From: Candidatus Moraniibacteriota bacterium | Lineage (GTDB): Bacteria; Patescibacteriota; Minisyncoccia; Moranbacterales; GCA-2747515 | Assembly (NCBI GenBank): GCA_023133275.1 | Contig: JAGLWU010000002.1 | Span: forward strand, 2,440 to 66,439 | Reading direction: 5' to 3' | DNA: 64,000 bases | Shown: one piece after another, positions 9,964 through 20,551 of the stretch | Layout: each line of letters starts with the position of its first letter | Position numbering within the stretch: position 1 is the stretch's first letter | Program-made: the position numbers and the translations under genes | The notes under the pieces: model-generated | Seen by the model: the letters and a program-made list of their open reading frames with translations, nothing else | What the model was told of the DNA's origin: nothing | Database searches by the model: none

Positions 9964-9998
9964 ATCGTAGAAACGTTGCAATGCAACGTTTCTACGAT
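9964..9998. repeat. GTAG-REP palindrome upstream of RAYT
   Basis: atcgtagaaacgttgca a tgcaacgtttctacgat, perfect arms. Confidence 0.9.
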
Positions 9999-10024
9999 AT
10001 GATAATTTTTACTTTTAAATTTTA

Positions 10025-10966
10025 TTATTTTCCAATTGGAAATTTATCTGTAATTATGTTACCCGTAAAACTTCCATTGTCTGTATCATTAAAATGATTA
10101 GAATTAACAGGTGTTGTAATTAAATCAACAACTTTAGAAATTAAATGATTCTTTAATCCTTCATCTGTTTTTTCTTTTAATAAATAATTTTCTAAAATTT
10201 TTGCATTTAATTGCAAATGTCTGTATCTTGAAAGTAGATCTGCATAAATACGATAATTCTTTTGAGCAAAATAATATTGAGAATAAAGTAAACCAAAAAA
10301 TGCCAATTTAAAAAGTGCTAAAGCATATAGTTCATTTCTATCTATTTCTTTACAAAAATATAAAATAAAATATGACAAAAAAATAATAATTGAAAATATA
10401 ATAAGCAAACCAAAAATATTATTTCTTTTATCCATCCAATATTTTGCTGATTCTTCATTATTATTATCAGTACCTAATTCACTGACTCTATCTGAAATTT
10501 GTTTTTCAATAACATTACTTGTTTTACCATCGATAACATTTTCAACATTTTTTAATGCATTATTTAATTTTTCTATTTGATTATCTACTGCAATTTTATC
10601 TTCTTTTAATTTTTCTATTGAATTATTTTTTGTCTCCTCAGTTTCAAAATTTTTTAAAACAAAATCATTTCTTAAAAATAAATCTATAGTAAAATCTCTT
10701 ACTTCAATTACAGACTGTTTTAAATTATTTATATATTGAGCAGCAAAAGAATTTGGATCTTGTTCTACTTGTTTTATACCTTGAGAAACTTTCATAAACT
10801 TTTTATTCAATTCAAGTTCCTCAACCTCATCAGCAACACCAAGAAAATCAATTAAATTAAAAAATTTATTACATTTATCTATTTCTTTTGTATACTGATA
10901 TATAATTTTTCCATTAATTTTATAAGTATTTAATTTATTAATAAATTCTTCTTTTTTTATATTCAT
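10025..10966 (-). CDS. Hypothetical coiled-coil protein with two TM helices
   Basis: 313-aa ORF; charged helical N-terminal half, two hydrophobic segments, very AT-rich. Confidence 0.75.
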   Translation of the reverse strand: MNIKKEEFINKLNTYKINGKIIYQYTKEIDKCNKFFNLIDFLGVADEVEELELNKKFMKVSQGIKQVEQDPNSFAAQYINNLKQSVIEVRDFTIDLFLRNDFVLKNFETEETKNNSIEKLKEDKIAVDNQIEKLNNALKNVENVIDGKTSNVIEKQISDRVSELGTDNNNEESAKYWMDKRNNIFGLLIIFSIIIFLSYFILYFCKEIDRNELYALALFKLAFFGLLYSQYYFAQKNYRIYADLLSRYRHLQLNAKILENYLLKEKTDEGLKNHLISKVVDLITTPVNSNHFNDTDNGSFTGNIITDKFPIGK

Positions 10967-11026
10967 AATATTAAAATTTTAATTTCACTAAAAAGAAACA
11001 TACCCAAAAGAACGCCTCTCACAAAA

Positions 11027-12670
11027 TTACTCACTCAATTTCTTCGCCGCCTTCACAAAACTTATAAACAAAGGATGCGGACTCAACGGAGCAGACTGAA
11101 ACTCCGGATGAAACTGCGTTGCCAAATAAAACGGATGAACACTCATTGGCAATTCCATAATCTCCATCAATTCACCATTCGGCGACTTTCCAGAAAAAAC
11201 CAATCCAGCCTCTTCCAATTTCTCAACAAACTCAGGATTAACCTCATACCGATGACGATGACGTTCAGAAACCTCAGTCTCCTTGTATGTCTTAAACGCA
11301 ATTGTTTTTTTCGCAATAACCGCAGGATAACTGCCTAATCGCATCGAACCACCGAAATCCTTATTCTCCAATTTCTTTTTTTGCTCTGGCATAATATCAA
11401 TAATTTTATTCTTCGCATTCGCTTTCATCTCCACCGTGTGAGCATCTTCAAGTTTCAAAACATTTCGAGCATATTCAACTACCGCAATTTGCATACCATA
11501 GCAAAGTCCGAAATAAGGAACTTTATTTTCTCGACAAAATTCCGCTACTTTAATTTTTCCTTCAATCCCTCGAGAGCCAAATCCACCAGGAACTACAATT
11601 CCTGCATAATTTTTAAGATCCTTAAGTTTTTTTGGATCTTTTTCATATTCACTACTATCTAACCAATCGATTTCAGGTTTACAACCATTGTAATAACAAG
11701 CATGTTTAACTGCTTCAATCACACTAATATATGCGTCTGAAAGAACGAAATCTCCGCTAGAAAAATATTTTCCAACAACTCCAATCTTCAAAGTTTTCTT
11801 CGCTCGGGTAATTTTATTAGCAAACTTAGTCCATTCAGTTAAATCTTTAGTCTTCGATTTTAAGTTTAATTCTTTAAGTAAAATATCACTCAAACCATCT
11901 TTTTCAAAATTAACAGGAACATGATAAACACTTTCTACATCAGGTGCACTAATCACATTTTCTTTTTTCACACTGCAGGAAAGAGAAATTTTTTCTTTTC
12001 GCTTTTCATCTAATTTAATATCGGAGCGAGCCACGATAATATCTGCCTGAATACCTGCTCCATTTAAAGTTCGAGAAGCATATTGAGTTGGCTTAGTTTT
12101 CATTTCACCAACCTTACTCGGCATTGGAACATAACTAACTAAAACGAAAAGTACATCTTCTGGATATTTTGTTTTCATCATCCGTGCTGCTTCGAGAAAA
12201 AGTATGTTTTGATATTCGCCAATTGTTCCTCCAATTTCGATTACTGAAACATCCGCATCAGCTTTTTCAGCAGCTGTTTCAATTCGATCGATAATTTCTA
12301 ATGGAATGTGTGGCACTACTTCAACGCATTTTCCTTTGTATTCTCCATTTCTTTCTCGTTCAATTACGGTTTGATAAACTCGTCCTGTTGTCATGTAATT
12401 TGTGCGAGTCAAAGTTGTTCCTAAGAATCTTTCGTAATTCCCCATGTCTTGATCGGTTTCATCTCCGTCTTTGAGAACGAAAACTTCTCCGTGTTCTGTT
12501 GGGTTCATTGTTCCTGCATCTACGTTAATGTAAGGATCGATTTTAATTGCGGTTACGTTAAATCCTCGGGATTGGATTAATTTTCCAACGGATGATGCGG
12601 TTATTCCTTTTCCGACTCCGCTCATCACTCCTCCAACTACGAATATAAATTTCTTATTTTTTTTCGCCAT
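11027..12670 (-). CDS. pyrG: CTP synthase
   Basis: GGVMSGVGKG, KIDPYINVDAGTM, PGGFG, GLCYGMQ, ERHRHRYEVN, QFHPEF. Confidence 0.98.
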   Translation of the reverse strand: MAKKNKKFIFVVGGVMSGVGKGITASSVGKLIQSRGFNVTAIKIDPYINVDAGTMNPTEHGEVFVLKDGDETDQDMGNYERFLGTTLTRTNYMTTGRVYQTVIERERNGEYKGKCVEVVPHIPLEIIDRIETAAEKADADVSVIEIGGTIGEYQNILFLEAARMMKTKYPEDVLFVLVSYVPMPSKVGEMKTKPTQYASRTLNGAGIQADIIVARSDIKLDEKRKEKISLSCSVKKENVISAPDVESVYHVPVNFEKDGLSDILLKELNLKSKTKDLTEWTKFANKITRAKKTLKIGVVGKYFSSGDFVLSDAYISVIEAVKHACYYNGCKPEIDWLDSSEYEKDPKKLKDLKNYAGIVVPGGFGSRGIEGKIKVAEFCRENKVPYFGLCYGMQIAVVEYARNVLKLEDAHTVEMKANAKNKIIDIMPEQKKKLENKDFGGSMRLGSYPAVIAKKTIAFKTYKETEVSERHRHRYEVNPEFVEKLEEAGLVFSGKSPNGELMEIMELPMSVHPFYLATQFHPEFQSAPLSPHPLFISFVKAAKKLSE

Positions 12671-12700
12671 ATTTTTTTGTTAAAATGTTATTTTAAATTA

Positions 12701-13381
12701 TTATTTCACTTTCTTAAAAATTCTATTGCACTCAGAAATATTTTCAATTTCTCCATAATGATAACAATTATCTTTATCTCTTGCATAATATTCGGAACCA
12801 CCATACCCATTAAAATAAACTTCCGTAAATGCTTCAAATGATTCCAAATCAATATTGATAATTTTTTCATTCTTATAATAGATATTATTCTTATCTTTTG
12901 CATAATTTTGATTCAAGACTTCAAAAGATTTATAATCAATATCATTCACTTTTTCACAATTCCAGCTACAATGATAAAAACTATTTTTATCTTTTATGTA
13001 GCCACTATTATCTCCTCGAACAAGTCCATCGCCATTATCAAAACTAAGTAAATCCAATGTTTCAATATCTACATCATTCATTATTTGTGGAGGAGTAGGC
13101 ATCGCTGTATATACACACTCAAAGTAAAGTTGATTTTTATCTTTAAAAAAAGTCCCTGCAATATGCTCAAAGGTTTCAGAATCAGAATTTTCCAATTTAA
13201 CTAACTCATAATTTTTCAAAAAACATCCATCAAAATAAACTGTGTTATGATCTTTTTTATAACAACCTACAAAATCAACTGGCTCCGACTCAATTTTATT
13301 TTCTTCAGTTATAATTTCATCATTCTTTCCACAACCAACCAAAGTCCCACACAAAATTAACAAAATAAAATATTTTTTCAT
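12701..13381 (-). CDS. DKNYY-repeat lipoprotein
   Basis: Lipobox LVGC; repeats FKDKNQLY, YIKDKNSFY, YAKDKNNIYY, ARDKDNCY. Confidence 0.85.
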   Translation of the reverse strand: MKKYFILLILCGTLVGCGKNDEIITEENKIESEPVDFVGCYKKDHNTVYFDGCFLKNYELVKLENSDSETFEHIAGTFFKDKNQLYFECVYTAMPTPPQIMNDVDIETLDLLSFDNGDGLVRGDNSGYIKDKNSFYHCSWNCEKVNDIDYKSFEVLNQNYAKDKNNIYYKNEKIINIDLESFEAFTEVYFNGYGGSEYYARDKDNCYHYGEIENISECNRIFKKVK

Positions 13382-13446
13382 AAAATTAAATTTAATAAAT
13401 TACTTAAAAACTAAATTAATCACCTAAAATCCCCTTTTACAAAGTC

Positions 13447-13476
13447 AAAGAGACGCTTGAGTAAAAGCGCCTCTTT
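13447..13476 (-). terminator. Hairpin downstream of rplI
   Basis: aaagagacgctt...aagcgcctcttt. Confidence 0.6.
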
Positions 13477-13499
13477 TAAAATCTAAATTAACCAAAAAT

Positions 13500-13946
13500 C
13501 TATTTTGAAGAAATCGTTAGAATAACACCAGCCTTAGCCTTGTCACCATAATCAATCACAATTTCTAAAGTAGTCAACTCCTTAATTGGCTCAGCCAAAA
13601 TAACCATGTTTTCATCAACATCAATTTTGTGCTGTTCTTTAATTGCCTCAGCAATCTGTTTCTTATCCACAGAACCAAACAATTTATTGCCTTCAGCTTT
13701 AGAAATAATATTAACTTTCTTCTTATCTAATTTCTTAGCATTTTCTTGGGCAGCTTTTACTTTATCAGCTTGAACAGCCTCATCCTGAGCTTTTTGTCGC
13801 TCCAATTCAGCCAACGTCTCCTTAGTCGCAGGACTAGCCATACCATTCGGAATCAAACTATTAAAAGCAAAACCATCAGAAACATTAACAATGTCTCCTT
13901 TTTTCTTACCCAAATTCTTATTGTCTTCGTTTAATATAACTTTCAT
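13500..13946 (-). CDS. rplI: 50S ribosomal protein L9
   Basis: MKVILNED..LGKKKGDIVNVSDGFAFNSLIP, KLFGSV. Confidence 0.95.
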   Translation of the reverse strand: MKVILNEDNKNLGKKKGDIVNVSDGFAFNSLIPNGMASPATKETLAELERQKAQDEAVQADKVKAAQENAKKLDKKKVNIISKAEGNKLFGSVDKKQIAEAIKEQHKIDVDENMVILAEPIKELTTLEIVIDYGDKAKAGVILTISSK

Positions 13947-14035
13947 AAAATCTTTAATACAAATACAAATTTCACATAATCTAATTTCTAGTATACACGA
14001 ATTATTTCTTTTTGCAAGACTTTAAAAATTAAATT

Positions 14036-14296
14036 GTGCTCGCCGCACGGACTTTTTAACCGCAAGAAACTTTTCAATCCATACAAAATTTATGCAAACC
14101 CTTAGATTTGTCATTCCGGAAAATATATTTTCTTTCCGTAGTAGGGCTCAAGCATGCCTGAGCCCTACTACTACAAGAAAACAATTTATTCAGAATCTAT
14201 ACTTTAAATTTAAAGAAAACTCAAAGTACACTTTTTTCTGAAATCCTGAATAAATTATCTTTCCACTTCGTTACAAAATAATTTTTTAGGATTACA
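14036..14296. repeat. Composite TGTCATTCCGG...GATCCTGAATAAAT repeat with a nested GTAG-REP (14138-14171)
   Basis: Homologous to 26233-26412 and 28539-28674; gtagtagggctca..tgagccctactac hairpin occupies the variable loop. Confidence 0.8.
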
Positions 14297-14326
14297 GTTT
14301 TTTTAATTTTCTAACTATCTACAAAT

Positions 14327-15472
14327 CTACTGATCTATCTCACCCAAAACACTCAACAAAACCCCACTGCTCCACGCAAACGGACTTGCACTTTCCCAAA
14401 AACGTTTTTTATAAACTTCACCACCTACAAAATAAGTCTCACCTGCTTCTTGATTTTTAACAATAATTTTTTCAATTTCCTGTAACATTTTTTCCGCTAA
14501 TTCAATTTCTCCATTTTCATAAAAAGCTTTGATTAAAAAAGCATCAATCCATAACCAACTAGTCGACGTATGATAATCCGCAATTCCCATCACTCGCACC
14601 ACTGGATTAATTTTATACCATGGATGACCTGTCGGCACAGCTGGAACAAAAGTTCCGTATTCATAAAAATAATCTTTTAATTTTTTCACAACTAAATTTT
14701 TCTGATTTTCTTCACCAACATTAAAAATTACCGCCAATACATTTCCCGCTAAATCAAAAATCTTTTCATTGTTATCCTTCCTAGTCTCATCAACAAAAAA
14801 TTCTCCGTTCCAAAATCTGTCTTGAATAATATTTTGAGTTTTAACGGCTAATTCTAAATATTTAATTTCCATTTCTTTATTTCCGAGAGTCCTCGCCAAA
14901 ACAGACATTTGCTTCAACGCTTGAAAATATAAAACATTCGTATACAAAACTGGACCGAATTTAAAAACCGTATCCATCCAATTGCCTAAAAAATATTCAC
15001 TAATCAATCCACCTTTTTCAGTTTTAATATGCCAATCAATTGCTTTTTGAAGTTTTGAAAAGTTTTTTTGTAAAAATTCTGTGTCCTGAGTTTTTTTAAT
15101 GTATTGAGTAAAAGCATTAATTAAAAGTAATTCACTATCTTTAGCGTAAAAAGGTTTTACTAAACCATGATAAGTTGGCTGTGATTTCTTTCGTTTTAAT
15201 TTTTTGCCTGTTAAATATTTTATTGCATTTAAATCGAGTGAAATTTTACGAGGAATTTTTCCGTCTTCGCGTTGATAAGAAAGGAAGTATTCGAAACAGT
15301 TTTTTGCTTCTTGTGCATCTCCAATTTCTAACATTCCAGATAATGCCCAAAAGGTATCTCGTGCCCAAAAGTCTGAAAAGTGTGTTGGTGATGCGACTAC
15401 TTTTCCGTCTAAATAACAAGCTCGTAAACTTTTTTTGGTTATTTGTTTTAGTTGTGAGTGGTTTTGATTCAT
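14327..15472 (-). CDS. (alpha/alpha)6 glycoside hydrolase (amylo-alpha-1,6-glucosidase/neutral-invertase-like)
   Basis: DFWARDTFW, NWMDT, YTNVLY, FAWSS motifs. Confidence 0.75.
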   Translation of the reverse strand: MNQNHSQLKQITKKSLRACYLDGKVVASPTHFSDFWARDTFWALSGMLEIGDAQEAKNCFEYFLSYQREDGKIPRKISLDLNAIKYLTGKKLKRKKSQPTYHGLVKPFYAKDSELLLINAFTQYIKKTQDTEFLQKNFSKLQKAIDWHIKTEKGGLISEYFLGNWMDTVFKFGPVLYTNVLYFQALKQMSVLARTLGNKEMEIKYLELAVKTQNIIQDRFWNGEFFVDETRKDNNEKIFDLAGNVLAVIFNVGEENQKNLVVKKLKDYFYEYGTFVPAVPTGHPWYKINPVVRVMGIADYHTSTSWLWIDAFLIKAFYENGEIELAEKMLQEIEKIIVKNQEAGETYFVGGEVYKKRFWESASPFAWSSGVLLSVLGEIDQ

Positions 15473-15477
15473 GGTTT

Positions 15478-16881
15478 TTATGACATTATCCTCTTTCCCT
15501 TTCCTGAAATAAAATATTTAACTTCCCTGCCTACTTTTTTATTATCGACTAAATACTCTTTTTTTAAAACTTTAAAATCTTTAATTCCTGTTGATTTCGT
15601 AATCTGATTATTATCCACATAAACACTTAGGGTCATGACATTTCCAACAGACTTAGTAAGATATTCTAAGAGTTCTATTTGTCTATCATTTAAACTAAAT
15701 TTTAATTCCAATCTTTTATTTCTACTTTTCTTTTTTTTCTGTTCAATAGATATTTTTTCTATATATTTTTCAAAATCTTTTTTTGCCTGTTTTATTTTTC
15801 TTATATTATAATCGATAAAATATGTCAAGTCTTCATCATCTTGCTCTGAATATACATAAGACATTTTATATTGTTGTTGAGATTTTTTTATCACTAAAGA
15901 AATAGGATAATAGCCAAAAAAATGATAGTCATGTTTTAAAAGATATAAATAAAAAAGTAATCGAGCCATTCTTCCATTACCATCATAGAATGGATGTAAA
16001 TATCCTATCCAAAAATGGATCATTATAGCTTTAATTACTGGATGAACAAATTCATATTTTTTATCATCGTTAACAAAATCTATCAACCTTTTCAATTCTT
16101 TTCTCACAAAAGAAATATTTGGAGAAATATGTAAAATATAATTTTTTTCATTATCAACAACATTAATAATTTCATTCTTCTTTCTTAATCTACCAATAGC
16201 ATCCAAATTATCATCTTCTATAGCTCCTTTTGTTAAAATCTTATGATATTTCAATAAAGTCTCTAAGCCAATTTTTTTGTCTTTTTGACCAGCAAATTCT
16301 GATTCCAACTTCATCATAGCTTTATAATTATTCAGAATCATTATTTCATCTTTTGTTTTTGGCTCTCTTTGTTCTGTAATCATCTTTATTGCTGCATCTC
16401 GGGAAGAATGTGCCCCTTCAAGTTGAGCAGAGGCAATAGCTTCCTCAGACAAGGAATTAAGAAAAATTCTTTTTTTTGTCTTTTCATCTAAATTATCCCC
16501 AATAGAAAAATTACCACCTAAATATAAATCTGTCTCATGTAGAAACTGATCAAGTCCAGGTAAATCATTGTATGTAAAAAATTTATCACCTTCTGTTCTT
16601 ATAGGTGTTTTTTTGGATTTAATATTTCTTGCAACTTTAATCATTTTCCAAGCAAGATTAATATCAAACCCTTCTAATTTTTTATCACCATTTTTAAAAA
16701 TTTCTTCATACTTATATTTAACCTTGTCCCAAAATAAGTATCTTTTATCTTTCTCTGAAAAACCAAAATCATAAAAAATATATCCATCTTTTTCATTTTC
16801 TAAAAGTCTAATCTTTATAGTATTATTAGGATCTTTTATATCTTTTGGCTTTTCTAAAATAAATTTTGGTAAATTAGTCAT
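15478..16881 (-). CDS. Fic family protein with C-terminal wHTH
   Basis: HPFYDGNGRMAR; inhibitory-helix-like SAQLEG; likely start MTNLPK at 16881. Confidence 0.9.
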   Translation of the reverse strand: MTNLPKFILEKPKDIKDPNNTIKIRLLENEKDGYIFYDFGFSEKDKRYLFWDKVKYKYEEIFKNGDKKLEGFDINLAWKMIKVARNIKSKKTPIRTEGDKFFTYNDLPGLDQFLHETDLYLGGNFSIGDNLDEKTKKRIFLNSLSEEAIASAQLEGAHSSRDAAIKMITEQREPKTKDEIMILNNYKAMMKLESEFAGQKDKKIGLETLLKYHKILTKGAIEDDNLDAIGRLRKKNEIINVVDNEKNYILHISPNISFVRKELKRLIDFVNDDKKYEFVHPVIKAIMIHFWIGYLHPFYDGNGRMARLLFYLYLLKHDYHFFGYYPISLVIKKSQQQYKMSYVYSEQDDEDLTYFIDYNIRKIKQAKKDFEKYIEKISIEQKKKKSRNKRLELKFSLNDRQIELLEYLTKSVGNVMTLSVYVDNNQITKSTGIKDFKVLKKEYLVDNKKVGREVKYFISGKGKRIMS

Positions 16882-16899
16882 ATTTTTTAGTAAAAAATC

Positions 16900-16991
16900 A
16901 ATAGGTGTAGTGTATACCTTTACTATACCTATAGTATACCTATTCTTGAAAAAATGCAATAGGTATAGTGTACACATTTAGTACACCTATT
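16900..16991. promoter_or_regulatory. Two tandem imperfect palindromes (ATAGGTrTA..TAyACCTAT) upstream of Fic, putative operators
   Basis: aataggtgtag..ctatacctat and aataggtatag..gtacacctatt. Confidence 0.5.
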
Positions 16992-17001
16992 TTTGAAAAA
17001 A

Positions 17002-18915
17002 CTATTTATCTTCACTCTTTTCTTCCTCACCAAAATACCATTTATAAACATCATACGCCACTGGCACAGTCGAAGAAGAAATCCTATCCGTCTGATCCTC
17101 CACCATCACCACCAAAGCAATCTCTGGATCATCATAAGGAGCATAAGACACAAACCAAGAATGTACCCTATCATTCCCCCTTTTACCAAATTGAGCAGTA
17201 CCAGTTTTACCCGCAACTTCCACAGACAAATCTTTTAACATTGTCGCAGTCCCATCACTAATTGCTTGTCTCATTCCTTCTTGAGCAACTTTAATATCTG
17301 TTTTACTCGCAATATCATTTTTTAAAATAACTGGTTCAAATTTCTGCTCATTTTCTTCCACATCAATAATATGAGAAACAATTTGCGGTTTATATAAAAT
17401 CCCTCCGTTCGCAATAACTGAAATCGAATTAAGAACCTGCAGAGGCGTGGCTGTAATATAACCTTGACCAATCGATGAATTATAAGTATCTCCTAAATAC
17501 CATTTTTCATTAATTTTATTTTTTTTCCATTCTTTATCAGGATAAACACCAGCTACTTCACCAAATAAATCAATTCCTGTTTTTTTACCATAACCAAACT
17601 GTTGCATATATTTTTTCATTTTTTCGATACCTAAACCTTGAATATCTGGATAATTTTCATGTCCACCACAGGCAGTATAAAAATAAACATCACTAGAAAC
17701 TGCAATCGCTCGTCGCATATCAGTAAATCCATGAACTTTCCAATCTCCAAAAAAAGAATTTCCTACTTTTATACCTCCCTTACTTTCAATTTCATAATCA
17801 GGTGAAATAATTTTTTCCTGTAATATTGCCAAAGCCTCCACTGGTTTCACTGTTGATCCAGGTGGATAAGCTCCACTGATAGATCGATTAAAAAGAGGAT
17901 TATTTTTATTACTGATCAAAGAATTATATTCAGACGCTTCAATTCCTCGGGCGAAAAGATTATTATCATACGACGGCAAACTAACCATCGCTAAAATTGC
18001 TCCAGTTTTTGGATTCATAGCTATAGCTGTGGCTTTTTGTGTATCAGCTCTTTCTAATTGTTTTTCTAAACTTTCTATAATAACTTTTTGCAATTCTGAA
18101 TCAATATTTAAGTAAACGTTTGAACCTTTTTTAGCTGGAATATCACTTAATTTTCGTACTAATTCCCCTCGACTATTTACCATTGACTGAGTTGATCCGT
18201 GCCCCCCTCTTAAAGATTTTTCATAATAAGTTTCAATACCTGTTTTTCCAATCCGATCAGTTAATAAATAATCCACTTCATTTTCCCATTCTTCTTTTTG
18301 AATTAAGCCTTCATAACCAATAATGTGTGAAAATAAAATTCCATCTGAATACTCTCGTAACGCTGTATTTTGAATAGCAATTCCTGACACATCCTGACCC
18401 AAACCTGAAATAATTAGAGATTCCTCATGAGAAATATTTTCTGCAAGAATGAGAGATTTTTCAGTTTCATCAGATAAATTAATTTTGACTAAAGTTTGGT
18501 CATACTCAAGAGAAGTTTTTTCACTTAATATTTTAGCAATTTCTTCTCTCTGAGAATTTTCACTAGGCAAATTTTCTGGAATAATAATAACGCTTTGATT
18601 AGGTACATTTTTAGCTAAAACTTTTCCATTTTTATCAAAAATCTCACCACGAGCAGCAATAATAGGAACTGAACGAACACTTTGACCTCCAGCAATTTCA
18701 GAGTAATAATCACCCTGAACAATAGTTAAATAAAAAACTCTCCCCGCTAAAAAAAACAAAGTCAAACAACTTATTGCCCACAAAAAATTAAACCATTTAC
18801 TATCAGATTTAAAAACTTGTTTATTTTCACTTTTGCTAAATTTATCAATAATAGGATCATCGATCTCCACCATTGAACGTTTAATTTTATCTCTCATAAA
18901 AAATTTATTTATCAA
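17002..18915 (-). CDS. mrdA: Penicillin-binding protein 2
   Basis: ARGEIFD, PPGSTVK (SxxK), SSD (SxN-like), KTGTAQ; follows mreC/mreD. Confidence 0.93.
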   Translation of the reverse strand: MINKFFMRDKIKRSMVEIDDPIIDKFSKSENKQVFKSDSKWFNFLWAISCLTLFFLAGRVFYLTIVQGDYYSEIAGGQSVRSVPIIAARGEIFDKNGKVLAKNVPNQSVIIIPENLPSENSQREEIAKILSEKTSLEYDQTLVKINLSDETEKSLILAENISHEESLIISGLGQDVSGIAIQNTALREYSDGILFSHIIGYEGLIQKEEWENEVDYLLTDRIGKTGIETYYEKSLRGGHGSTQSMVNSRGELVRKLSDIPAKKGSNVYLNIDSELQKVIIESLEKQLERADTQKATAIAMNPKTGAILAMVSLPSYDNNLFARGIEASEYNSLISNKNNPLFNRSISGAYPPGSTVKPVEALAILQEKIISPDYEIESKGGIKVGNSFFGDWKVHGFTDMRRAIAVSSDVYFYTACGGHENYPDIQGLGIEKMKKYMQQFGYGKKTGIDLFGEVAGVYPDKEWKKNKINEKWYLGDTYNSSIGQGYITATPLQVLNSISVIANGGILYKPQIVSHIIDVEENEQKFEPVILKNDIASKTDIKVAQEGMRQAISDGTATMLKDLSVEVAGKTGTAQFGKRGNDRVHSWFVSYAPYDDPEIALVVMVEDQTDRISSSTVPVAYDVYKWYFGEEEKSEDK

Positions 18916-18957
18916 ATTATCAATATATCAGTTGTAACTTAAATTTTAATTTGTGAA

Positions 18958-19001
18958 TCTAAATATCTACAAGTCTAATTGTCTAAAAGTCTAATTCTCT
19001 A
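18958..19001. repeat. Six-unit 8-bp periodic TCTA (TAGA on minus) array whose first unit is the mreD stop codon
   Basis: tcta at 18958, 18966, 18974, 18982, 18990, 18998. Confidence 0.85.
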
Positions 19002-19511
19002 AAGATGTCTTTTTACATCGATTTTCTGAGTATAAAAAGAAATAACTTTTTCCGAGCGACTAATTAATTTGGAAAAAATAAAAAAATAAAAAACACTTAT
19101 TAAAATATAAAAGAAAATTTGTCGTCCTAAAAATAAATAATTTATTTCATTTCTTTCAAAAAAATAATTAGCAACAACTACGGCGGTCGTTAAAAAACTA
19201 ACTCCAATATACGCCAAAAAAATCCTTTTTCCAGAAACTTCAAAAATGGAATAGTTTATAAAATTGAAAATTATTACAGTAGAAAAAATAACTAAAAAAT
19301 ATATTCCAATATGAGAGGATGCTAAAAAATCATAAATTAAGGCAAAAATACTTATTTCCCAAAAAACTTCCTCAAAAGATTTTACAAACACCCAAGAACA
19401 TCCGAAAATAATTGGCAATATTAAAGGAATGGATAAAATTGCCGAGGCAAAACCTATGCAAATAATTAAGAAAAAAATTATAATTAAAAATCTAACAAAA
19501 AAATTTAACAT
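18999..19511 (-). CDS. mreD: Probable rod shape-determining protein MreD (polytopic membrane protein)
   Basis: Hydrophobic 170 aa lying between mreC and pbp2. Confidence 0.6.
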   Translation of the reverse strand: MLNFFVRFLIIIFFLIICIGFASAILSIPLILPIIFGCSWVFVKSFEEVFWEISIFALIYDFLASSHIGIYFLVIFSTVIIFNFINYSIFEVSGKRIFLAYIGVSFLTTAVVVANYFFERNEINYLFLGRQIFFYILISVFYFFIFSKLISRSEKVISFYTQKIDVKRHL

Positions 19512-19687
19512 AAATAAAACAGATAATTAGACTTGTAGAATGTAGATAGTTAACTTTTAGTCATATTTATTCTACTAAAAATTCTGTCAATAAAAATTTA
19601 TTGAAAATAATAAATTAATAAATCAAAAATTATTTAAACAAACGCAAAACATTGCAATACAATTATTTCTAAATATTTAAAAATCTA

Positions 19688-20494
19688 TCATTCAACAATT
19701 ACTGAAACAAAACGAATTTTATTGAAATCTACTAAAGGCGTAATTCGAGCTTCTTTAAATAAACCATCTTGTGTAGTAGCCACACTTTGTACCACCCCAA
19801 CCGAAAGACCTCTCGGGAATTTTCCACCAATTTGCGAAGTGATGAAAGTCATTCCTGTTTCTATTTCTGCATCTTGATGAATATTTTCTGCTTTTATTGA
19901 AATTCCGTGTTCGCCTTTTGCGATTGCTTCTGTTCCTGATTCAACGGTAACAATATTAACTGAACTATCTGGATGATTGGTTAATTTTACTTTTGATTGA
20001 TTGACAAAAACTTCATCGACAAAACCGATTAAATTTTTCCCTGCAACTATTACTGGCAACCCTTCTTTTAATCCATCTTGACTCCCTAAATTAATTTTAA
20101 TCCAATCGATTTTTCCTGAAATATCTCGATTGATAACTTCTGCTCCAATTAAATTAAATTCTTCTTTAGGTGATAAATTTAATTCTTCTCTTAATTTTTT
20201 ATTTTCATTGGTTATATCTTTTAATTCTGTAATTTTTGATTTTAATTTTAAGTTTTCTTTGTATAAATTTTGATTGTCTTGTTTTAATGTTCCGATGGAT
20301 TTTAAAGTGTTTGTTGTATCTTTTAATTTATTTCCGCCGATATATCCAACTTGGACTACTGGCATAAAAATTGTGTGGAAAAAATTTCTGACTGGTGAAA
20401 GTTTGTCATAGGGATTGAGGATTACTAGAAAAATCGCCACTGCGAAAACTAGTGTTATTTTTAGTTTTGTTCTTTTTTTATGTATTTTTTGCAT
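19688..20494 (-). CDS. mreC: Rod shape-determining protein MreC
   Basis: N-terminal TM, coiled coil ENKKLREEL, INLGSQDG, TSQIGGKFPRGL; likely start MQKIH at 20494. Confidence 0.92.
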   Translation of the reverse strand: MQKIHKKRTKLKITLVFAVAIFLVILNPYDKLSPVRNFFHTIFMPVVQVGYIGGNKLKDTTNTLKSIGTLKQDNQNLYKENLKLKSKITELKDITNENKKLREELNLSPKEEFNLIGAEVINRDISGKIDWIKINLGSQDGLKEGLPVIVAGKNLIGFVDEVFVNQSKVKLTNHPDSSVNIVTVESGTEAIAKGEHGISIKAENIHQDAEIETGMTFITSQIGGKFPRGLSVGVVQSVATTQDGLFKEARITPLVDFNKIRFVSVIVE

Positions 20495-20551
20495 GGGAAA
20501 CTTTTTTGATTTTACGATGTAATTATAGCATGTTGTGAGCAAATTACTTGA

